From: Candidatus Saccharimonadia bacterium
GTDB lineage: Bacteria; Patescibacteriota; Saccharimonadia; UBA4664
Direction of reading: 5' to 3'
NCBI GenBank assembly: GCA_036488585.1
Contig: DASXHH010000005.1
Location: forward strand, 7,147-71,146
DNA: 64,000 nucleotides
Both the position numbers and the translations under genes were made by a program. This document shows positions 46,875 to 54,495 of the stretch, one piece after another. The first letter of the stretch is position 1. Every line of letters starts with the position of its first letter. The notes beneath the pieces were generated by a model, which saw nothing but the letters and a program-made list of their open reading frames with translations, had not been told where the DNA came from and made no database searches.

Positions 46875-47690
46875 TCAGGGTCGCAGCATGCCGCCGAGTA
46901 GCGCAGCGGCCAGCCCGTCGAAGAGCCCCGCGGGCTCAGGCTGAAAGTGCGCACAGATGGCGGCCACCAGGTCCGTGCATACGTCGTACAGGATGTGCGC
47001 CACGATAGCGGCCACGATGCCGTAGTGGAACAGGACCCAGAAGAACACCATGCCCATGAACCACGCGTTGATCGCCCGCAGCACTCCTTCATGAGCATCG
47101 CGGAAGCTGATGCTCGCTACAACCATGGCCGCCCCGAACATCCAGCCGTACGATCCGTAGAGCTGAGCGTGGAGCGCACCGAAGGTCGCGAAGTTGGCCA
47201 CCGGAAGCAGCAGGTATTCGTTGATGATGTGTACCAGGTGGAACGTGATGGTGTTGAAGAACGCCACCATCACCAAGGCCGAGAAGAAGATGAACCAGCG
47301 GTAGATGATCTCCTCGAAGAAGCCGGCGTTGACGCTGACCCACACCCCCTTACTGAACAGCCGTCCGGGCGTATCCGCGCGCGGCACTCCGGTACGGATA
47401 GCGATGAAGCCGAACAGCGCGGTCACGGCGACCGCCCAGGCGAAGATGAACCAGACGTGGCCCAGCGCCTGCAGCACACTGCCACCGTGGACGTGCCAGG
47501 GGTACGTCAGCGGTAGCACCATGCGGCCCGGGTCGGCCCAGTGCATCAGGAGCATGTAGCCGCCTGACAGTAGCGCGGACGCGATGTAGACGGCTGGCAC
47601 GATCGGGTACGACCAGCTCAGGGAGATGGTCGGTCGACGGCTCTGCTGCCGACGGCGCTGCCGCCGCCTCCTTGCGGTTGATGCGGACAT
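46875..47690 (-). CDS. CPBP-family intramembrane metalloprotease (CAAX protease / Abi)
   Basis: Motifs EExxxR (FFEEIIYRW), FxxxH (FHLVH) and HxxxD (HILYD); multiple TM helices. Confidence 0.75.
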   Translation of the reverse strand: MSASTARRRRQRRRQQSRRPTISLSWSYPIVPAVYIASALLSGGYMLLMHWADPGRMVLPLTYPWHVHGGSVLQALGHVWFIFAWAVAVTALFGFIAIRTGVPRADTPGRLFSKGVWVSVNAGFFEEIIYRWFIFFSALVMVAFFNTITFHLVHIINEYLLLPVANFATFGALHAQLYGSYGWMFGAAMVVASISFRDAHEGVLRAINAWFMGMVFFWVLFHYGIVAAIVAHILYDVCTDLVAAICAHFQPEPAGLFDGLAAALLGGMLRP

Positions 47691-48194
47691 TGATCCTACC
47701 TTCGGTAAGGACCTTTTCGGTCAAGGAACAAGAACAAGATTATAGCATAATATAATAGATTTAGCAATATTAACGTGGCCACATCAACTTCCGGGTGGCC
47801 CAGTGCTACTGGGCTCTACTCCAGGAAGAACCTGACCAGCTGGAACTAAGAGAGCTCCTGGACGGCTCACTTCAAAGCGCTCTGCTCTATCTTGAGGGCC
47901 CACCCTCCCGAGCATGGGCCCTCAGGCTTCTCGAGGAGGTAGAGATGGAATGATCGACAAATGGGTCGGGTGGTCTTGGGCTGATCTGTCCTCGTCCACC
48001 CGACCTTCCAACACAAGTGAACACGCTGACCGCCCGGTTCTTGCTCCCGCCAGCACCGACTTAAGCCTATTATCGTTCACAATCGCCATAATCGCTGAGT
48101 GACATTCCGTTCGTAGCCTGAGGCCTAGCTCGCCCCAGTGTATTGTAATTATTATGTTTTTATGTTAAAAGTTTAGGGTTGGTCCCAATTCTAC

Positions 48195-48599
48195 ATGCCT
48201 ACGGAGGCTTTCATGACCGACTCTACTCCTTCTTGCAGCGACGTCGTGCAGCGGCTCCTCGAGCTGCCAGACGACCTCTCGCGCGATCAGGTCCAAGTTG
48301 TTCTCAGTGACGAACTGGCCCTGACACTGCTTTCCGACGAAGATGACCCGATGCGGCAGCTAGTCATGGGCTACGTCATCAACCAGAGCAGCTACTTCGG
48401 CGCGGACGTCGTCGAGACCGCTCAGACCCTCATGGCTTCGCTCGAGACCGGAACGTCGGGCGGCATGCTCACCCTCACGCCGTCAGTGACAGGCCCCGAT
48501 GGGTCTCCCGAGCCGGCCCCTCCTGGGGACGTGGATGATCTCAAGCGGATGCTCCAGCTGTTCGTGCCGGGCATCACGATCACGCGATCCAAGGCCTGA
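48195..48599 (+). CDS. Hypothetical acidic protein
   Basis: 134-aa ORF; no recognisable domain. Confidence 0.4.
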   Translation: MPTEAFMTDSTPSCSDVVQRLLELPDDLSRDQVQVVLSDELALTLLSDEDDPMRQLVMGYVINQSSYFGADVVETAQTLMASLETGTSGGMLTLTPSVTGPDGSPEPAPPGDVDDLKRMLQLFVPGITITRSKA

Positions 48600-48817
48600 C
48601 CACACGGCTCGCTCGCAGGGCTAATTAACGGCCCGGTACCGCTGAGGTTACCGGGCCGTTCACCATTCATACCAATAACACTGACCGAAACCTCACATCG
48701 TTCACCATCGCCAATATCCCCCTAGCATACCAGGTTCGAAATATGAGCATCAGCTCGCCCCAGGAATTATAGACAGCGGCAAGAGCCGCTGTTTTGGTGT
48801 TTGTAAAGGTAACGCTT

Positions 48818-48826
48818 TGGTATACT
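48818..48826 (+). promoter_or_regulatory. Extended -10 (TGgTATACT) 6 nt upstream of the MazG-like ATG; probable leaderless mRNA
   Basis: ctttGGTATACTggcccaATG; no SD. Confidence 0.4.
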
Positions 48827-48832
48827 GGCCCA

Positions 48833-49147
48833 ATGAATATTGCCGAAATTGATAACCTCAAAGACATCCAAACCTACATCTGGGATAAGAATAAGGAGCG
48901 TGGCTTTAGTGAAGAGGCCCCTGAGCGCAAGCTCCTCATGCTTATGGAGGAGTCCGGCGAACTCGCCAAAGCCGTCCGCAAATCTATCGGAATGGGCTTT
49001 TCCGATAGCACAAAAACAACCGACGTCAAAGAAGAATTGGCGGATGTCCAAATCATTCTGTTGGGCCTAGCCAGCACCTTAAACATTGATATGCTTGAAG
49101 CAGTCCGCGAGAAAGAGCAAAAGAATTCTAAGCGTTCTTGGTCTTAG
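48833..49147 (+). CDS. MazG-like nucleotide pyrophosphohydrolase
   Basis: EExGELAKAVRK and EELADVQIILLGLA helices typical of the all-alpha NTP-PPase (MazG) fold. Confidence 0.7.
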   Translation: MNIAEIDNLKDIQTYIWDKNKERGFSEEAPERKLLMLMEESGELAKAVRKSIGMGFSDSTKTTDVKEELADVQIILLGLASTLNIDMLEAVREKEQKNSKRSWS

Positions 49148-49496
49148 CCTAAGATAGTCGGCGCTGGAATGGTGCAAGTACCCCCACCAACGGATATAGA
49201 GCGCAGCAAAGCCCCACAAGCGTGAGCATTTATTGTGCTACTGGTTTCGGCTCTCCTGGCTGTAGAAACAAAGCCATCGCCCTACCTAGCTCGAAAAAGT
49301 ATGCGCTCTATTACGCCCTCATCATGAAGGCGCCCATCAACAGTCAGAAGTGAAGCCCAGATTAAAGTTGGGGCTCCATGGAGCCATATCCTTAATGGTT
49401 CCTTGATAGCTGGTGCCTGACCAAAATCCAAAATTAACCCATAAAAACTGTACAAGCCCACATTGCTCCTGGTCATGTGACGGTAAAAAATACCCT

Positions 49497-50105
49497 ATGA
49501 CCCTAATTAACCCTGGATTTATGTCGCCCGGCCGGCGCAAAGGCCATCTCCCCCCTGGTCAGTCTGAGGTAAAAGATTGGCCAGTGCTTACATACGGCCC
49601 AACGCCGAATATTAGTACGCGCGAATGGATGCTCCTTGTGGATGGGGAGGTAGCAAAGGCTATCAAGCTAAGCTGGGCCGAGTTTAACCAGCTCCCTCGA
49701 ACCAATCTCACTACCGATATCCACTGCGTCACCAGATGGAGCCGACTGGGCATGCAGTGGGAGGGGGTGTCAATCGATGAGCTCATTAAATTGGCCGGCG
49801 GCCTCACTGATGATGGAACTTTTTTGATAGCTTCGTCGTACGGAGGCTATACGACCAACCTACCTGTTGCCGATGTGACTCGCGGTCAAGCGATGGTAGC
49901 AACGCACGCTGATGGGGAGCCACTTTCACCTGAGCACGGCGGGCCAGCTCGCCTGTTTGTACCCCATCTATATTTTTGGAAAAGTGCCAAGTATGTTAAC
50001 AAACTGACCTTTACCGGCCACGACCATCCCGGATTTTGGGAGCGAAATGGCTATCACAATTATGGCGACCCTTGGAAGGAAGAGCGCTATGACGGCGACG
50101 CCTAG
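49497..50105 (+). CDS. Sulfite-oxidase-family molybdopterin-binding oxidoreductase (YedY/MsrP-like catalytic subunit)
   Basis: Oxidored_molyb-type sequence (TTDIHCVTRWS Mo-ligand Cys region; GGPARL..P.LYFWKSAKYV). Confidence 0.7.
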   Translation: MTLINPGFMSPGRRKGHLPPGQSEVKDWPVLTYGPTPNISTREWMLLVDGEVAKAIKLSWAEFNQLPRTNLTTDIHCVTRWSRLGMQWEGVSIDELIKLAGGLTDDGTFLIASSYGGYTTNLPVADVTRGQAMVATHADGEPLSPEHGGPARLFVPHLYFWKSAKYVNKLTFTGHDHPGFWERNGYHNYGDPWKEERYDGDA

Positions 50106-50844
50106 CCCGGTTGAGTGGCGTGTCGGGACAGTTCGCCAGATCCGAATCGAGGCGCCTGGTGTTCGCACCTATACATTCTCGTTCGAATCACCGGTACACC
50201 ATTCCAGCGGACAACATTATGAAATTCGCCTGACGGCCTCAGACGGCTATCAGGCGGCTCGCCTGTATTCTGCCGCTACTCCAGCGAGTGGCGAGTCAAA
50301 CATGCTCCAGCTTACAATTGGCTTAATGCCTTATGGTGAGGTCTCACCGTACCTTTTCAATCATGTCACAGTTGGTAGCCAGCTGGAGATTAGGGGCCCA
50401 CTCGGCCGCTATTTTGTCTGGTCGAGTGCTCAACTTGAACCAATATTTCTAATCGGCGGTGGGACTGGTGTCATTCCTCTTCGCTCGATCTGGACCGAGC
50501 ACATGATGACGCGTACCTGGTCCCAGATGCTGCTTCTTTATGCCGTGCGGTCCTATCAAGATGTTATATACAAGTATGATCTAATCCCGCGGCGATCCGG
50601 CATGCGCACCGATGTGATACTAACGTTTACTGACCAGCCGCCTCTCGCCTGGAAGGGCTACGACCGGCGTATCGACGGCGAAATGGTAATGGATATACTG
50701 GAGCGCTTTCGGCTGATGCCGAGCTGTTACGTTTGCGGCCCAACGCCTATGGTAGAGGCGGTGACCCAGTTACTCGTGCAGGCTGGAGTACCGTCAGAAA
50801 CCATCAAGGCTGAGAGATTTGGCCCGACTGGCGGGGCGATTTGA
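50089..50844 (+). CDS. FNR-family FAD/NAD(P)-binding oxidoreductase
   Basis: RLYS FAD motif and GGGTGVIP NAD(P) motif; start overlaps the upstream Mo-enzyme gene by 17 nt. Confidence 0.7.
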   Translation: MTATPSPVEWRVGTVRQIRIEAPGVRTYTFSFESPVHHSSGQHYEIRLTASDGYQAARLYSAATPASGESNMLQLTIGLMPYGEVSPYLFNHVTVGSQLEIRGPLGRYFVWSSAQLEPIFLIGGGTGVIPLRSIWTEHMMTRTWSQMLLLYAVRSYQDVIYKYDLIPRRSGMRTDVILTFTDQPPLAWKGYDRRIDGEMVMDILERFRLMPSCYVCGPTPMVEAVTQLLVQAGVPSETIKAERFGPTGGAI

Positions 50845-50884
50845 GTTTTTAGGCAAGCACAGGGGCTAATGGTATAATCACGCC

Positions 50885-51535
50885 ATGTCTAAAGTGGCTA
50901 TTATTACTGGAATAAGTCGCGGATTTGGGCTGGCGCTAGCTCAGGAATTTGTGAGCACCGGCTGGCAAGTTCTCGGCACAGGTCGCTCCTCAGAGCCGGC
51001 ATCGCTACCAGACGGCGTTCAGTACCACCGGTTTGATGCGAGTAATGCCACTGAATCTGAGAAATTTTGGGTTCAGGTTAAGCATGAGCACGCGGCGTCG
51101 CACGTTTGCCTCATTAACAACGCGGGTGGCTACGTAAGCGGTAGCCTTACGGAAACGAGTCCGAGTGATTATGAGCAACAAATGCGTAGTTGCTACTTCT
51201 CGGCCGTTTACATGACAAAGGGTTTAGCACTTCACTTCTCGACGGGTCGGATAATTAATGTCATCTCTTCAAGCGCACTACACGCCCATAAGGACAATTC
51301 CGCATACGGTGCCGCCAAGGCAGCTGAAATGCATTTCTTCCAATCAATTCAGAAAGAGTTTGCACCAGAGCAGTATAGAATCACCAACCTTTATCCGAGT
51401 GATATCGCCACGCACGACGGCAACCCCAACGCAATCCTCCCCGATGACCTTGCTATGTTTGTGCGTGAGCAAGCAGAAAATAATAGCACGTACTATCTAC
51501 GGGATGCAGCTGTTTTCCCAGTTAAAAAGCAATGA
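50885..51535 (+). CDS. Short-chain dehydrogenase/reductase (SDR)
   Basis: Rossmann TGISRGFG and YGAAK catalytic motif. Confidence 0.8.
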   Translation: MSKVAIITGISRGFGLALAQEFVSTGWQVLGTGRSSEPASLPDGVQYHRFDASNATESEKFWVQVKHEHAASHVCLINNAGGYVSGSLTETSPSDYEQQMRSCYFSAVYMTKGLALHFSTGRIINVISSSALHAHKDNSAYGAAKAAEMHFFQSIQKEFAPEQYRITNLYPSDIATHDGNPNAILPDDLAMFVREQAENNSTYYLRDAAVFPVKKQ

Positions 51536-51599
51536 CTCCAAGAAGCTTTGACGCGTGTGGGTTCGAGTGTAGGGATTGCATGACCACCTCTCTCGCAAG

Positions 51600-51968
51600 C
51601 TAATTTGGTCTTTTATGATATGTCAAAACCGCTATACCCAGCACCAGGGCTACTAGCGCCAGCGCTCCAATACCGAGCATTAGATCGTTCACAATGGGCC
51701 GCACCGCATCCCCGTAGCCTAATCCTCCGGCTATAAACGAAAAAACAATGAGACCGGTCAGTGCTATCGGGACCGCCAGCAGCAACAACACGCCAGATCG
51801 CCGAGCGATTGGTTCAACGTAGGACCGCGCGACCGCGGCCAGACTGATTCTTGCTCCACATTTGGCGCAGAACTTGGCTGATTGCGGGTTCAGGTGGCCG
51901 CAATAACTACAATTGATAAAATGCTCCCGTTGCCTCGTCGGCAAGGGCTCTAAGTCATGGGGCTCCAT
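51600..51968 (-). CDS. Zinc-ribbon membrane protein
   Basis: CSYCGHLNPQSAKFCAKCG zinc ribbon followed by two TM helices. Confidence 0.5.
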   Translation of the reverse strand: MEPHDLEPLPTRQREHFINCSYCGHLNPQSAKFCAKCGARISLAAVARSYVEPIARRSGVLLLLAVPIALTGLIVFSFIAGGLGYGDAVRPIVNDLMLGIGALALVALVLGIAVLTYHKRPN

Positions 51969-52073
51969 ATTTTCCCTGGTTGCATAGAATCAATTAAAGC
52001 ATAACTGAGATCGTACGCGGGCGAGCCATAAAAAATAACGGCCTCGTAAGGACGTTATTTTAATCCCGCCGGT

Positions 52074-52274
52074 CTAGCGGAAGCGGTCGCGGCTCATCCA
52101 GGCCATAGCCAGCAGGCCCACGCCGATGCCGATCACGCCGCCCGCCACCAGGCCGAGCCAGAGCGGTTTCATAAACAGCCCCACCCCCATGCCGATCATA
52201 AAGCACCCCGCCAATGCAATCCCGCCGGACTCGTAGTCCTTAAAAGGATTCGTTACTTGATGTTCGTTTGACAT
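52074..52274 (-). CDS. Small glycine-zipper membrane protein
   Basis: 66 aa, two TM helices with GxxxG repeats; 17 nt downstream of the EXLDI gene. Confidence 0.4.
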   Translation of the reverse strand: MSNEHQVTNPFKDYESGGIALAGCFMIGMGVGLFMKPLWLGLVAGGVIGIGVGLLAMAWMSRDRFR

Positions 52275-52290
52275 TATTACTCCTTAAAAA

Positions 52291-52794
52291 TTAAATATCT
52301 AGATATTCCACCGGGGCTTCATCGCGATTTTGCGCCTGGTGCATCAGCTTGAGCAGCGCGCTAGGCAGCTTGCCCTCGGCCTCCTCCAGTGACGCAAATA
52401 CGGTGAGCTTGGTGTCGGGGGTGTATTCAAAGTAGTCCGCCGTTCGCCAGAAGTCGCGCTGACGGAAAAGTTCGTAATTGGGTTGCTTGGTGATCTCCAC
52501 CGCCCACTGGTTTTTGGCGGTTTTAAACACCCGTGCCGTGTACCAGTCGTCATGATCACCGGCGCCCTGCCACTTAATCAGTAGACGGCCGTTAAATCGC
52601 TTCTCCTGCTGCAGGCCTTTTGTGCCCACTTGCACCACGATCTCTTTCAATCCTTTCGCCTGGGCCTCGCTTCGGGTAATAAATTCCTTGAGCGCCCTCA
52701 CTAGCACGGACGACAGATTATCACCGGCCAGTTGCTGGGCCCGGTCGTACAGGGCTTGGTCTTCGTTTGATACATAAATAGTTTTATTTGGCAT
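52291..52794 (-). CDS. EXLDI-family protein (function unknown)
   Basis: 167 aa ending in ...PVEYLDI, matching the C-terminal E-x-L-D-I signature as I recall it (not checked). Confidence 0.5.
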   Translation of the reverse strand: MPNKTIYVSNEDQALYDRAQQLAGDNLSSVLVRALKEFITRSEAQAKGLKEIVVQVGTKGLQQEKRFNGRLLIKWQGAGDHDDWYTARVFKTAKNQWAVEITKQPNYELFRQRDFWRTADYFEYTPDTKLTVFASLEEAEGKLPSALLKLMHQAQNRDEAPVEYLDI

Positions 52795-52920
52795 CGCAGC
52801 TATTACTTATACATACAAATATACATATAAAAAATAATTACGCAACCCTATTTTACGGAGGTACCGTTTACGGGCCTCAAACCACCAAAGATCCGGCCGA
52901 CGAATAGTATGGTTTGATCG

Positions 52921-53166
52921 CTAGGATTGCTGGAGCCGCTGCAGCACAAAATTCACGATCGCATACGAGCACATCGCTACCACCACACCGACGATCGCGT
53001 ACAAGATTGTGTTTCGGGCGTTCTCAACTCGCTTAGGATTGCCCATCGACACCACAAATTTCAGCCCGCCCACAATCACCATCAGTACCGACAGCGCGCC
53101 CACCACAAAGATAAGTGCGTTGGCGATGACACGGAAATAAGCCGGTAGGCTCGGTATGGTGTTCAT
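52921..53166 (-). CDS. T4SS pilin-like small membrane protein (VirB2/TrbC-like)
   Basis: 81 aa; hydrophobic helix, GG..KF..S.GNPKRVENARNTILYAIVGVVVA loop, second helix; architecture of Gram-positive/CPR T4SS pilins. Confidence 0.45.
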   Translation of the reverse strand: MNTIPSLPAYFRVIANALIFVVGALSVLMVIVGGLKFVVSMGNPKRVENARNTILYAIVGVVVAMCSYAIVNFVLQRLQQS

Positions 53167-53195
53167 TTGCCTTAAGTATAACGCAGAGCTGGCCG

Positions 53196-53501
53196 TCAGC
53201 CCTCGCCCGCGGTTACGTCATCGATAGTGAGCTCCGGTTTTACCTCATTTTCGTCGTGTGGCAGCTCCAGCTCCACCCCAGCCTCGTTGGCTTTGGGATC
53301 GGACGCGGCTGCCACCACCTCCGACGGCTCGGTCACGTCGCCGGGCAATTTTTCCATAAACTCCACCACCTCCGGCGAGGCTCCCACCTGCCTGGCCGTC
53401 TCCTCTAACTTTTCCGGTTTAGCCTCCTCAGCCGCGCCGAGCACCTGAAACACCTCGATCGGATCGATTCGCTTTGTCTTCTTCATTTTGTGCGCTCCCA
53501 T
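53196..53501 (-). CDS. Hypothetical acidic protein
   Basis: 101 aa, rich in Glu, Ala and Pro. Confidence 0.4.
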   Translation of the reverse strand: MGAHKMKKTKRIDPIEVFQVLGAAEEAKPEKLEETARQVGASPEVVEFMEKLPGDVTEPSEVVAAASDPKANEAGVELELPHDENEVKPELTIDDVTAGEG

Positions 53502-53528
53502 CAGTTGTATTATTTTGGGCCTGAGCTC

Positions 53529-54161
53529 ATGGATTTCTTCGGCAACTTATCCAATGCTGTGCCGCCGGCTAAAGTCTATGCTCGCAGCATGCCGCTCGAT
53601 CCTAGCGATATGCCTCAGGTTCCGAAGGCGCGCACGATCAAAGTTGGCGATCACACTCAAGAGCAGGCCGAAACGCTATTGTCGGAACCTATTATGATTC
53701 CGCGCAATCCCGTCTCCATGAACGTCCGCATGATAGTAGTAGTGCTCTTCGCCGACATCGTTTTCGCCGCCGTGTTTGTGTTGCTCATCGGTGGTATGGC
53801 CTTGGAAGGCGTCACGGTGGGTACGGGCGTGACAGTCACGCTCATTATTCTGCTCGCCGCCCGGTTTACCATTCTCATGCTCGTCCTGGCCAAAATGGCG
53901 TCCAATTGGGCCGAGGTCGGCTACTACGTGACCGACCGGGCCATTATTGTGCGCCGCGGTTTCGCCAACATCTCCGAAAACACCTACGAACTCGGCAACA
54001 TTCGCCACGTCTACATGTTTCAAGATTTCATGGGCCGGCTCTACGATTACGGCCATATCCAACTTGTGATCGCAACCATGGGTTTGGAGGAGAAAGTTCG
54101 ACTCACTGATCTCAAAAACCCCTCCCATTACAAGACGTTGTTCGAGAAATACCTTGGCTAG
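53529..54161 (+). CDS. Membrane protein with bacterial PH-like (bPH_2/YdbT-like) domain
   Basis: Two TM helices then DRAIIVRRGFANISENTYELGNIRHVYMFQDFMGRLYDYGHIQL, a bPH_2-like fold; start chosen at the internal ATG. Confidence 0.5.
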   Translation: MDFFGNLSNAVPPAKVYARSMPLDPSDMPQVPKARTIKVGDHTQEQAETLLSEPIMIPRNPVSMNVRMIVVVLFADIVFAAVFVLLIGGMALEGVTVGTGVTVTLIILLAARFTILMLVLAKMASNWAEVGYYVTDRAIIVRRGFANISENTYELGNIRHVYMFQDFMGRLYDYGHIQLVIATMGLEEKVRLTDLKNPSHYKTLFEKYLG

Positions 54162-54264
54162 CAGTAAGCCGAGATCCTCCAGTAATCACAACCTTCTTGG
54201 CATGATGCTTAATGCTTGAGCAGCTTTGAACGCATAGTCTGCCACCAGAAAGTAGGAGGACGCC

Positions 54265-54442
54265 ATGGGCAAATACGGACCCAAGGCTCAGGAAGGAAGT
54301 AGAAGAGGCCATGCATGAGTACAAGCACGAGGGTAAATTCAAAAACCCCCAGCAGGCTGTGGCCGTCGGATTAAACAAGGCTCGCAAAGAGGGCGGTAAG
54401 GTCCCGCCGCCTCCTAAAAAACGTTCTGAAAGCGACAAATAG
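54265..54442 (+). pseudogene. Frameshifted small conserved-protein gene (MGKYGPKAQE...HEYKHEGKFKNPQQAVAVGLNKAREGG)
   Basis: AGGAGGA RBS 5 nt upstream of ATG; frame 1 gives MGKYGPKAQEGSRRGHA*, the +1 frame continues ...EVEEAMHEYKHEGKF...KRSESDK*; total length 178 nt is not a multiple of 3. Confidence 0.5.
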
Positions 54443-54495
54443 CCCCCGAAAATCATGCTTGAATTCCATCCCGAAAGGGGTAGCGTGGGTCTCAG

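Noticed and set aside
47800-47860. SRP (4.5S) RNA-like motif ccaggaagaacctgacc
   Set aside because: It lacks the conserved GGAAGCAGCC / AGGUCAGG domain IV core on either strand. Only a loose resemblance.
54112-54456. 114-aa minus-strand ORF from the six-frame track
   Set aside because: It is antisense to a plus-strand small gene that has a strong AGGAGGA RBS and conserved-looking protein sequence. The minus-strand ORF is Gly/Leu/Ser-rich with no start context.
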